Made by a program: the position numbers and the translations under genes. Of a stretch of 64,000 nucleotides of DNA, positions 1 to 13,399 are shown piece after piece. The stretch lies in NCBI GenBank assembly GCA_951406725.2, contig OX597816.1, forward strand, positions 87,296,001-87,360,000. The letters are read 5' to 3'. Source of the DNA: Octopus vulgaris. Its lineage: Eukaryota. Position 1 is the first letter of the stretch; every line of letters begins with the position of its first letter. The notes under the pieces were generated by a model that saw nothing but the letters and a program-made list of their open reading frames with translations, was not told where the DNA came from and did not search any database.

Positions 1-210
1 AGTCTGGATAGATTCCTTCAAAGAATACCAGATAAGCCACCCATAATTGGATACAACTCACCCAACAACAACTCACTACTTGAATGGACCATAAACAAAA
101 CTTGACTTAAACAGGATTCGAATAATCCTATCAGGTGGTGCTATTAAGTTAGACATGGCCTGGACCAATCTTTGGTCGAAACATATCTAAGTTTATCTAA
201 GTCTAAGTTT
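1..210 (+). mobile_element. CR1-like LINE 3' end remnant
   Basis: Translates LDRFLQRIPDKPPIIGYNSPNNNSLLEW (CR1-type ORF2 C-terminus LD.FL..IPD.P...GY....NSL), then a short UTR and a TCTAAGT tandem tail. Confidence 0.6.
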
Positions 211-460
211 ATATATATATATATATATTCTTGTGGGAGGCATAGTAGACGAATGCTTAAAAAAATTTTCGTAATCACTAAGTTGCAGGTTCCATTGCGT
301 GGTGTAGAATCTTCGGCAATAACCTGTTATCATATCCTTCAACTGAGCCTAAGTCTTGTAAATACATGGCACTATAATGTATCAGACACTTGAAGTGACT
401 TAGACTCTACCAGAAGTATACTAAAAGGGTATACGCGTCTGTGGAATTCACTCTATAATT

Positions 461-536
461 GCCCATTGGCATATAGTGGTTAAGAGCGCGGGCTACTAAC
501 CCCTAGATTGCGAGTTCAGTTCCACGCAGTGCCTTG
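461..536 (+). mobile_element. tRNA-derived SINE head
   Basis: A-box-like TGGCATATAGTGG, stem GGG-CTACTAA-CCC and B-box-like GAGTTCAGTTCC; runs directly into (TAA)n. Confidence 0.5.
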
Positions 537-2915
<2,379 letters not shown>

Positions 2916-2978
2916 GAATATCAGCAGAAAATACCTTAGAAATGCGAAATCAGGGTTAGGTTCAAAATTCCACCAAGA

Positions 2979-3020
2979 CACCTGATGAAGACTGGAGAAT
3001 AGATCAGCCGAAACGTTGTG
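2979..3020 (+). ncRNA. Minimal Penelope-type hammerhead ribozyme-like motif
   Basis: cac-CTGATGA-a-gactg...cagcc-GAAACGTT-gtg: core boxes, stem II, palindromic stem III (AACGTT) and a 3-bp stem I. Confidence 0.55.
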
Positions 3021-4464
3021 GTAACAACAAACAAGATGAGGACACATATCCGTCCAATGTAAATAATGAATACTCTTTCACTTACAGACTAGTTCAGTCA
3101 GCAGGTAATTCAGAAGATCAAACAGCTGACTACTCATTAGTCTACGGAGATCCGTTTACTTTGCAGATTTATTAAAATAATATATTTTTATGAAACCAGT
3201 GGTGTCCCTTAGCTGACAGTTAATACAAGGGAGATAATCATTTCTTCATAATGTTAGCGAAATTACAAACTTGAACTTGAAATTAAAGAATAAAGAAAAA
3301 GATATATAAAACACACATTGTCATGGAGGAGAATACGGATATTGGTTGAGGTTTATGATAAAGAAAATATTTATTCGTTTCATAAACAAAGAAAAATATC
3401 GTTAATAGGAACGACAAAACGTCAACAGAGTTTGAACATTACTGTTTTTGATGTGATTGTAGCAGCAAAGTGTGGTTAGCGGATGCTGGTGTCAGTGTCG
3501 CCGTTTGTTCATTGTCTAGCTGCTGTCACATTGGGCCAGCTGCTGTCACCTTGGACCAGCTGGCCACCGTCTTCTTTTCAAATTCCTCTAACCATTTTTC
3601 GGGTGTTAATTCCCATTCCATAACTTTGTTTTTTTGCCATGTGAAAAAATTAAAAGTTCTAAACACAGTCCACAAAAATTCAAATAATCAAGAGAAAAAA
3701 CAGAAAGAAAGTCTTAACAAAAAGGAAGAAAAATAAAATAAACAGTTCAATACAGCGTTTCAAAATTTAAAAGACAGAAGAAGAGAGAGCGAGAGTTCAA
3801 AGCATAGCAAAAAAAAATTTTGGACCACACAGTACTCCTAGCCTTCAACTGGAACACAGTTTTTTTCTCAATTCTTGTCTAATTCCTCGAATTTTTTAAA
3901 AATAAATCCCACGAAGTTAAACAGGAACAGTTCTCAAAAATAATTGACAATAACACAATTCTCAAATCAAATTAAATTGGAGACGGGACGCGCCTCCAAA
4001 CAGCAGTTCTCACAATTAAGTGAGAAAAACAAACTGCTCTACCGCAGGCAGACCAATGCCCAGAATCCAGTGAGGACTCCTTACTTGTACAAAAAATAAA
4101 TCTCACAAACAACGAACCCCACTGGACTCAAAAATCAAAAAGTCTTACCTTACAGCAGAGCATCTTTCAGTAACAATTTTCGTCTGCTGTAAACCAGCGT
4201 GACGACTTCGATGGTAAAATGAAGACAACTGAATTCATTTATTTTGAATTCATTTATTTTGTTCATTGCATGCTTAAGACCGTTAATTGAAAGGACCAAT
4301 GAAACAAATCCATTTTTAAAGGCGTATCCTTTAACTAGTTTTGATTATATCGTTATTTCTGTTTCATTTTAACAAAACTAACCAACGAACAGGAACGTGA
4401 AACTCTGAGTAACAGCTTTTGTTATATTTCTGTTGCTTTTAAATAAAGTATATATATATATATA

Positions 4465-4615
4465 CACGACAGGTGTCTTTCAATTTTTGTCTCTCGAATC
4501 CACTCATAACGCTTTGGTCGGCCCGAGGCTATAGCAGAGAACACTTGCCCATGGTACTACGCAGTGTGATTGAACCTTGAACCATATGGTTGAGAATCAA
4601 GCTTGTTATCACACA
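4465..4615 (-). mobile_element. CORE-type tRNA SINE, partial
   Basis: Reverse complement of the 5' half of the copies at 7710 and 63407 (ctatagcctcgggccgaccaaagc). Confidence 0.7.
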
Positions 4616-4631
4616 ACGATACCTATGTATG

Positions 4632-4662
<31 letters not shown>

Positions 4663-4709
4663 ATGTATATATATGTATGCCGGTATATATATATGTATGT
4701 ATATGTTAG

Positions 4710-4793
<84 letters not shown>

Positions 4794-4987
4794 CGTATTC
4801 TTACTGACAGATCTTTTCACTCTTGCTCTACATCTCGGTATACCCATCAGTATCCACATATTAGAATTAATCTTATTTTAATTAAAGGAGGAAACCCTGA
4901 ATTTCTTCGGCCCACATTGGTAACGCTTTCCTGTATAAATGCTTAAATGTATTTGTTTTCCCAAATAAATTTCACTTCATGATTGAG

Positions 4988-5075
4988 GCTCTGATGAAAC
5001 TGTTTGAGTCTCTGATGAAACTTGGGCACTCAACTATGAGTCCACCGCATGTTATAATGGAAACAGCTGTAAGCT
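4988..5075 (+). ncRNA. Degenerate hammerhead-like motif (PLE remnant)
   Basis: CTGATGA occurs twice (4991, 5012) and is followed by GAAACAGCTGTA-ag; stem II pairs poorly. Confidence 0.4.
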
Positions 5076-5945
5076 AATGAAATTCATAAGATAATCGTTT
5101 ATTCCTTTGTCATTTTTTACTTAATCCCGCGCTGTGCGTATGCTTCTTCCAAAAGTATACGTATACTAATTTTTACACCGGGTTATTACTATTGCAATAT
5201 CTAACCGAAATTTTAGTTTCAAATTCTGGCACAAGACTAGCAAGTTTAGCAGGGGGTTAAGTTGATTACATCGCCAACAGTACTCAACTGGTACTTACTT
5301 TATCGACTCCAAAAGGACGAATGGCAAACTCAAACTTGGCGGAATTTGAAGTCAGAACCCTCTAAGCGAAATATTAAGATACATATATATTCATGTACAT
5401 GTACATATATAAGATACACATATGAATATGTACATGTATGTATATGTATGTGTTTATCCTCAACTTCAGCAGACAAACACTCTTTCATTATGTGTGTGTA
5501 TGTGTGTGTGCCCGCGTAAACGTGTATGTGTGCAAATATTTAAACGTGCTTTTACATATGTAATAATATATTTATGAGTGCGTGTGATGTCTGTGTTATG
5601 AAGGTTTGTATACCTTTGTATTATATTACTCTAGCTACACTGGCCTACATTATAATCTAACTGTCATATACATTCAAATTATAGATTAATCTCTTTTTGA
5701 GACCGGGACGTGACTAAAGGAGAGAGAGACAGAGAGAGAGGGAGAGAGAGAGCAAAGAAAGCGTAGTGGTTAGAATGAGATTCAATGAGTGTTGTGTGGC
5801 ATAAGATGTATGTGTATGCGTGCATCGGTATGTGTGTGCGTGCATGGGTATGTGTGTGCGTACATGGGTATGTGAGAGAGAGAGAATTACACGTGTGCGC
5901 GCACAGACGCACACTGAACAAACCACACACACACACACACACATG

Positions 5946-5946
<1 letters not shown>

Positions 5947-6031
<85 letters not shown>
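5947..6031. repeat. (GATA)n microsatellite
   Basis: Read directly; abuts the 3' end of Tx1 copy A. Confidence 0.95.
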
Positions 6032-6033
<2 letters not shown>

Positions 6034-6997
6034 TGTTTATTTATTAGCCACACAGGGCCGCACACAGACGGGACAGATTACAAAGTAGAGCTTTTCTTTT
6101 GGGGGTAGAGAAAAAAAAGATGGGTTAGGTTTACGATCATAAGGGATCGTAAAATGGAAAGAAGAAAAAAAAGGGGGGAAGGGGAAAAAAACGATCAATG
6201 TATCACAGAGTCATGTGTAAAGTGTAAAGGGGGAAGCAGATAAGGTTTATCCGTGGGAAGAAAAGCCTACGGAAAAGACCACGGTAACCTCGGTCAATGA
6301 TGTTACATGATACCACATTTGTTTGCAAGTAGGTAACCCTCTGTATTAAATTTTCCAGGTTCATAGGATTATGCTCAAGGTAGCTTCGTCATTCATACGT
6401 GCCATCCTTGCTACATTCACCCATCTTTTTTTGAAACATTCGATAGACAGAACTTGCCTCTCTACTCTCACTTTCCTTTCCAAGTGATACTTGAAAACGT
6501 TGATGAGAGATTGAACAGAGAGGAAAGTGTTTGTCTCCAATCCTTTCAGACGCGTCAACCATATACATTCTTTCGCCATAGCCACAAGTATGATGAAAAT
6601 AGCTCTTCCTTCCCGTTTGAAGGAAGGAGGCGTGATAATATTGACGATAGACTTGGCTGATAAACCGACTCGTCCCGCACGTGACAACAGTCGTTCGACA
6701 TAAGCCCATAGGTCGGAAATTGTTGGACACTGCACGAGTGCGTGCAGAATGGTTTCGCGCTCTGACCGTATCTCGAGCAGGTCGGCCTCGCGTGTCTCGA
6801 GCCGTGTCTGTAGAGCTTATCCCGAACTGGTAGCGCTTCTCGGTACCACTGCCAGGCCAGGGATCTCCGGAAGTTGTCCATGTTCCCTGGCCCGAAGGTC
6901 GTCCTGAACAGGCGGGTCAGGTATTCCTCGTCGACATCCAGGTTCGCCCCGAGCTCGTCATCGTACCTCTCCTCCACTATTGCCCTATAGAATGCTT

Positions 6998-6998
<1 letters not shown>
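6032..6998 (-). mobile_element. Tx1/L1-clade LINE, 5'-truncated copy A
   Basis: Near-identical to 8596-9595; encodes a frameshifted C-terminus (LAWQWYREALPVRDKL...QCPT); 3' UTR with AATAAA; (GATA)n on both sides. Confidence 0.85.
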
Positions 6999-7086
<88 letters not shown>

Positions 7087-7284
7087 TGATTGATTGATAG
7101 ATAGATAGGCAGGTAGGTAGGTAGGTAGGTAGGTAGATACATACATACATACATACATACATAAATACATACATACATACATACATACATACATAGACAG
7201 ATAGATAGATATTATATGTTTGTGTACACGTATGTGTGTGATAAATATTTGATAGGAAATAGAGTTTACTGTAAGCTTTATTTA

Positions 7285-7390
7285 TCACTACGATCGTTTC
7301 GACCTAGATCTGCACTGCTCCCTAGAGGGTGGGGAATGATATAATGGAATCGAATGCATCCCACAATGTAGAAGAAACCTCATCAGGTTA
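7285..7390 (-). ncRNA. Degenerate hammerhead-like motif (PLE remnant)
   Basis: Minus strand reads ac-CTGATGA-ggttt...aggtc-GAAACGATCGTA-gt, with palindromic stem III ACGATCGT. Confidence 0.5.
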
Positions 7391-7427
7391 CATAATATAG
7401 TACAGTAATATATAACCTATATATATA

Positions 7428-7674
7428 TTTTTTTTCTTTTTCTTTTTTCTTTACTACCCACAAGGGGCTAAACACAGAGGGGACAAACAAGGACAGACAA
7501 ACGGATTAAGTCGACTACATGAACCCCAGTGCGTAACTGGTACTTAATTTATCGACCCCGAAAGGATGAAAGGCAAACTCGACCTCGGCGGAATTTGAAC
7601 CCAGAACGTAACGGCAGACGAAATACGGCTACGCATTTCGCCCGGCGTGCTAACGTTTCTGCCAGCTCGCCGCC
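7428..7674 (-). mobile_element. Full-length tRNA/Meta-domain-type SINE with Tx1-like tail (long type, monomer)
   Basis: Head GGCGGCGAGCTGGCAGAAACG, B box GGTTCAAATTCC, central GCCTTTCATCCTTTCGGGGTCGATAAATTAAGTACC, A-rich tail; TSD TATATAACCTATATATATA at about 7409-7427 and 7675-7693. Confidence 0.85.
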
Positions 7675-7709
7675 TATATAACCTATATATATATATATAT
7701 ATGTTAGTT

Positions 7710-8115
7710 GCAGGTATGGCTATGTGATAAGTAGCTTGTTCTTGCTTACGAACCACATGGTTCCGGGTTCAGTCCCACTGCGTGGCACTTTTGGCGAGTG
7801 TCTTCTACTATAGCTTCGGGTCGACCAAAGCCTTGTGACTGGATTTGATAGACGGAAACTGAAAGAAGTCTGTCGTATATGTGTGGGGGGATGCGTATGC
7901 GCGTGTGTGTGTGTTTCTGTGTCAGTGTGCGTCCAACCACTAACGCTTGACAACCGCTCTAAGTGTGTTTATGTCTCCGTAACTTAGCGTTCGGCAAAAG
8001 TGACCGATAGAATAAGTACTAGGCTTACAAAGGATAAGTCGTGGGGTCGATTTGTTCGACTACAGGTGGTACTCAAGCATGGCCGCAGTCAAATGACTGA
8101 AACAAATAAAAGAAT
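7710..8115 (+). mobile_element. CORE-type tRNA SINE
   Basis: B box GGTTCAGTCCC; aligns along its length with 63407-63803. Confidence 0.8.
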
Positions 8116-8127
8116 ATACATATATAT

Positions 8128-8429
8128 CACCGTGACCGACCAGGCTATCAGATGTTGCTACACATCGCTGGTCACAATGCGCTTCGCATTGTTTTAGCCT
8201 TCAAATGACGCCACCCAACCGGCCAAGCGAGCAGGCCAACAGAAGAAAGAGTGCGAAAAAGTTGTCGCGAAAGAGTACAGCAGGGATTGCCACCATCTCC
8301 TACCGAAGCCTCGTAGAGGTCTAGGTGCTTTCGCTCAATAAACACTCACAACGCCCGGTCCGAGAATCGAAACCACGATCCTACGACCGCGAGTCGATTG
8401 CCCGAACCACTAGGCCATTGCGCCTCCGC

Positions 8430-8430
<1 letters not shown>
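8128..8430 (-). mobile_element. tRNA SINE (GCGGAGGCGCAATGGCC head)
   Basis: A box TGGCCTAGTGG and B box GGTTTCGATTC; head shared with 16495-16792, tail shared with 56154-56275; flanked by (AT)n. Confidence 0.8.
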
Positions 8431-8462
<32 letters not shown>

Positions 8463-8530
8463 CAAAGAGACAGGCAGACAGGCAGGCAGGCAGGCAGGCA
8501 GACAGACAGACAGACAGACAGATAGATAAG

Positions 8531-8595
<65 letters not shown>

Positions 8596-8596
<1 letters not shown>

Positions 8597-10140
8597 TGTT
8601 TCTTTATTAGCCACACAGGGCTGCACACAGATAGAACAAATTACAAGGTAGAGCTTTTCTTTTGAAGGTTTAAAAAAAAAAAGAGGAAGGGGGAGTTTCG
8701 ATCAAAATGGATCGTAAAAGGAGAGAAAGAGGACAAAAAAAGGGGGGTTAAAAAAAAGGGGGAGAGGAAAGAAAAAAAATTGATCAATAGGGATCGTTAT
8801 CACAGAAATGTCAATATGAAGTGTAAAGGGGAGGGCAGGTGAGGTTTACCCGTGGAAAGAAAAGCCTACGGAAAAGACCACGGTAACCTCGGTCAATGGA
8901 GTCACATGTTATATTTCTTTTCTTTTTTTTTTTTTGCGAATAAGCAACTCTCTGTTTTCAATTTCTGGGTTCATAGGATCATGCTCAAGGTGGCTTCGTC
9001 ATTCATACGTGCCATTCTTGCTACATTTTAAAACAATCGCTAGACAAAACTTGCCTCTCTACTCTCACTTTCCTTTTCAAGTGGTACTTGAAGAAGTTGA
9101 TGAGAGATTGACCAGAGAGGAAAGTGTTTGTCTGCAATCCTTTCAGACGCGTCCACCAGATACATTCTTTCGCCATAGCCACAAGGATGATGAAAATAGC
9201 TCTTCCTTCCTGTTTGAAGGAAGGAGGCGTGACAATATTGACGATAGACTCAGCTGATAAACCGACTCGTCCCACACGTGACAGCAGTTGTTCGACATAA
9301 GCCCATAGGTCGGAAATTGTTGGACACTGCACGAGTGCGTGCAGAACGGTTTCGTCGCTCTGACCGCATCTCGGGCAGGTCGGCCCCGTGTTTCTTGAGC
9401 CGTGTCTGTAGAGCTTATCCCGAACTGGTAGCGCTTCTCGGTAGCACTGCCAGGCCAGGGATCTCTGGAAGTTGTCCATGGGCCCTGGCCCGAAAGTCGT
9501 CCTGAGCAGGCGGGTCAGGTTCTCCTCGTCGACGTCCAGGTTCGCCCCGAGCTCGTCGTCGTACCTCCCCTCCACTAAACCCCTATAGAATGCTTTGGTT
9601 GTGTTGAAGTCACTCAAGGTCGACCCAGGACGGCAGAGTTGCTTGAGAGCAACGCGACACTCGCGGTGCCATTCGCCCTTCCTCGGCCTCTTTTTGATCC
9701 ACGACTGCAGTTCGGTCATGGAGACGAGCTGCGGGAAAGCGTGCCTCACAAACGGCGACCACACCTGTTCACCGTCGTCTACATAGAGCCAGAGATGTCG
9801 CAGTCTCAGCGCGTGTCTGCGCATCATCAACCACGGCATGCCCAGCCCTTCTTTTAACGGGTGTTGACAGCAAATGGATCGCCTGACCATCGGGACGCAT
9901 CCTTTCCACAAGAAGCGAAAGAGAATGCGTTGTAGTTTGGTGATGGTAGGGTCGGGACAAGGTACAACGGTCAGGCGGTAGTAGATGACGGACGCGATGT
10001 ACGTGTTCGCCACCTCCGCCCGACCTTTTAGGGACAGTTTCCTCTCGGCCCATTGCCGGGCGAGAGTGACCACCCTACTCGTTATCTCGTTCCAGTTCTT
10101 CTCCACTTGGAGGTCCGGACCAAACCAGACCCCGAGCAAG
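8596..10140 (-). mobile_element. Tx1/L1-clade LINE, 5'-truncated copy B
   Basis: 372-aa open stretch plus 3' UTR ending GGCTAATAAAGAAACATA; (GATA)n immediately on both sides. Confidence 0.9.
9021..10139 (-). CDS. Tx1/L1-type ORF2 C-terminal fragment (thumb + CCHC finger), truncated
   Basis: LGVWF, RKLSLKGRAEVAN..IAS..YY, FLW and CPRCGQSDETVLHALVQC; a deletion of about 13 nt near 9025 relative to copy A gives an early stop. Confidence 0.75.
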   Translation of the reverse strand: MLGVWFGPDLQVEKNWNEITSRVVTLARQWAERKLSLKGRAEVANTYIASVIYYRLTVVPCPDPTITKLQRILFRFLWKGCVPMVRRSICCQHPLKEGLGMPWLMMRRHALRLRHLWLYVDDGEQVWSPFVRHAFPQLVSMTELQSWIKKRPRKGEWHRECRVALKQLCRPGSTLSDFNTTKAFYRGLVEGRYDDELGANLDVDEENLTRLLRTTFGPGPMDNFQRSLAWQCYREALPVRDKLYRHGSRNTGPTCPRCGQSDETVLHALVQCPTISDLWAYVEQLLSRVGRVGLSAESIVNIVTPPSFKQEGRAIFIILVAMAKECIWWTRLKGLQTNTFLSGQSLINFFKYHLKRKVRVERQVLSSDCFKM

Positions 10141-10224
<84 letters not shown>

Positions 10225-11067
10225 TTGATAGATAGACTAATATAAACAGAGACATAGCACGAACTTGGAAGTCCTACAAAGACCAGCGATGTCTCAAGGC
10301 CGGAAAACCTCAGACTACCTAGAAGATTCTACAAAATATTTTATCTGTCGCTTGTCTCTTGGCTTGATTTTTTTTTTTTTTTTTACTATAATTTTTATAA
10401 CATTATCAAACATTAAAATTATGCTATCTTTTAATAACAATTTAAACAACGAACCATTTAATGGGACTCAACCAAGCGAAGTATTTCTCGAAAGGAGAAG
10501 TTTTGTTATTCTTATTCGCCTCCCACCCTCCCCCGTTCAATTTGCGACCCTTGATTTTTCAAAATATATTTCAAAATTTTTATGGGCCTTTAAATGTAGT
10601 TCTAATTACCATGACGATGTTAACTTTTTCATCATTATCTAGCCATGCATAATCAAGCAGCTCATAGGCTTCATGGTTCGTCCCATAAAGTGTTTCTCTT
10701 TCCTTCTTTCTTTCTCTCTTTCTTTTTTTTTTTCCGTTTTTGAAAGGTATATTGTTTTCTTTGGTTTACATCTGGGTCGATTGTACGTGTGTGCGTGAGT
10801 ATATCAAAAGAAAAAAAAATGAAAGAGGTATGATTAAGAGAATCAAGAAGAAAGAAGAGAGCGAAAGGTGAGAAGGGTGTATGTGAGCATGTGTATATGT
10901 GTTGAGGTCTGAGGTAGGCGGGGTGTAAACATATATAGTATGAAGCTGAGAATGTATATGTGTGCGTATATTTGATCATATACCAACTGGAGAACTGTAA
11001 AGGTATGTGAGTGGGAGAGATAGGTATAGAGAATAATGTATGCGCCGGGTAGGTATGTATATAAGGA

Positions 11068-11098
<31 letters not shown>

Positions 11099-11279
11099 GA
11101 ATGTTTGCTTGTGTATGAGAAAAAATTTCCATCTTTCTTTGTATATGATTTATCAAGATAAAAGATGAAAGAATGAGACTTTTCATGTCCTTGACCTTGG
11201 CAAACCCTCTAATACTGATTGATGTTGATATGGTTCACACGCAGATTAATGATTTGTTGGTTGATATAAATGGTTACAA

Positions 11280-11537
11280 CAGTGGTTCTCAACCATCTTC
11301 TACCAACGGACCCCTTTAGTTCCTATTTTACTCAGGTGGATTTCATAACAATCCCATGTTTTAAAAAATTCCTATTATATTTTTAGAATTAAATATTATT
11401 AGGAATTGTATTTAAAAAGATTGTTAAAATATTTTGTGCATTGCAGAAGTCTAACCAAGCTTTTGCACATAAATTTTAACGATAAAATCTTATATAGACC
11501 CCCCAAGAGTCAAATGAACCCCGATTGAGAACTATTG
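11280..11537. mobile_element. hAT (Charlie-like) MITE
   Basis: Ends CAGTGGTTCTCAACC / GATTGAGAACTATTG; 8-bp TSD GGTTACAA / GGTTATAA. Confidence 0.75.
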
Positions 11538-11989
11538 GGTTATAACGAGGGCAGAGAAGAAATTCTGGCGGGTGACATCTTGTGAGAAAGGATTGGTGAA
11601 GTTATTTATGAAGGTTCTGGGATGTGGGATACAATACTGTATGGTAACAGCTGATAAGATGTTTTTTGTCATGTGCTCTTGAGTAGAGGTCGTTTGTAAC
11701 TAGTTAGTTCTGAAGAATAAAGGTCTTTGTAGTTGTACATTTCGGATACTTGACTGGTCTAGAGAGAAAATGTGCTCCATTGATATTAAAACCTACAAGA
11801 TTTCGCAGACATTTCGAAAGTATACACCAATGAGTAGATGCAAAAGAACCCAAAAAATATACCTTTCGAGTAAGCATCACAACTAATCCCCTAAAACATG
11901 AGCAGAACGCAGCTAACGGTATCTCGTTTGCTTTGCTCTCAATGTTAGGCCTCATTATTGCTGTGGATCTCCCATAGCGACTGCACAAC

Positions 11990-12520
11990 CTTAATATATG
12001 CAAGCACTGCATCTCAAAGACTAGATTTTCTCTTCAGTGTCAGAAAATATTTCAGCCTCATACAATTACTGACCTTCTACAAAGCTCAGCTTAGGTCTAA
12101 ACACCAGTGTAGTGCTTCCACATCTGAGACAGTACTGCGACTACTGCTACTGCTGTTGCACTCACATTATAGACTTCATCAACAAAGCATTTGACTGATT
12201 AGCATAAAGTTAATCACTTACACACTACTGCCCCTAGGCAACAGACTCGTTATTCCGCCTCTTCTGCCCTTTCTACTGTAATAAAACGGCTTCTGCATTT
12301 CGGAGCCGGCTGATAATGTACCGTATTCGCTTAGGCACTCCCAAATTACTTGTTCCTCCTCCTTTCATCATATGTATTGTTCCCAACCCACTCTCCTAGC
12401 TTCGCATAACAGCTACGCCTATTCATTCCTCGCCAGAAATCACACACCGCTGAAACTCCTTTTTTTTCTTGTCTTTCCTGCAGGTGTCGGCTTGCAACAG
12501 CTCCAGCGAAACATTGATGA
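11990..12520 (+). mobile_element. Degenerate L2/Crack-like LINE 3' fragment
   Basis: QLLTFYKAQLR motif and a downstream SF..R....L...VFP-like segment; homologous to 24975-25420. Confidence 0.45.
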
Positions 12521-12734
12521 CATCAGTTTCGGAAGTCCTGTCTTCCGAATCCAGCATGCGAAAAAGAATTTTGATATCGACGAGAGAAGGCTTCCATAGA
12601 AACAGGAAAGCGAAAAGGCTCTACCTCAGTAGAAAATACCTGTATGTGTGTATGAATAACAGAGTTATTCATACATACACGCAGAGCAACACAAGGAATG
12701 TTGGTAGAATATTCCAATCAGCCTCGGCCTTAAA

Positions 12735-13075
12735 AGACTTAATATAGTTGTTTGGGACAAAAATTAATATCTTGTGCACCCTTAGAGAATAACTGTCCTG
12801 CAGACATGCCCATTTTTTCAGGAATCAGTGGGAAAGGGAAAACCTTGGTGTGCGTAGCTTAATTAGTAAATACTTAAATGAAAATCTTGAGAAAGTAGGC
12901 TTTTCAAAGAAAGTAAGTAACCAGTTAACAAGCGTTTTAGAAATACAATAACAATATGCATAACTTTTCTAAAGTTCAGCAAGTAACACTTATCGTATTC
13001 GACACCTACTTTGAAGGCGATAGAGATTTTTTATTTGTTAGGAATAAAGATCAATCCTTATAGGAAAATTAAGTT
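12735..13075 (+). mobile_element. Old degenerate R4-like REL endonuclease remnant
   Basis: IVVWDK, NCPAD and NLEKVGFSK match the younger copy's IIIWDR, SCPAD and NLEKLGFSK. Confidence 0.55.
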
Positions 13076-13399
13076 TAGAAAAAAACATAAATGCATACAT
13101 GAATAACCACATACATACATGATTTCATACATACATGCAGACATGCATACATACATACATACATACGCACACACATACATACACAGTCACACGCACACAT
13201 ACACACTCCTACATACACAAAAACATGCATATACATACATACATAATACATATATGCACTCACACACACATACATGTATACACACACACACATACATACA
13301 TACATACATACATACATACATACATACATACATACATACATACATACATACATACATACATACATACATACGTACATACATACATGCGTTCATACATCG

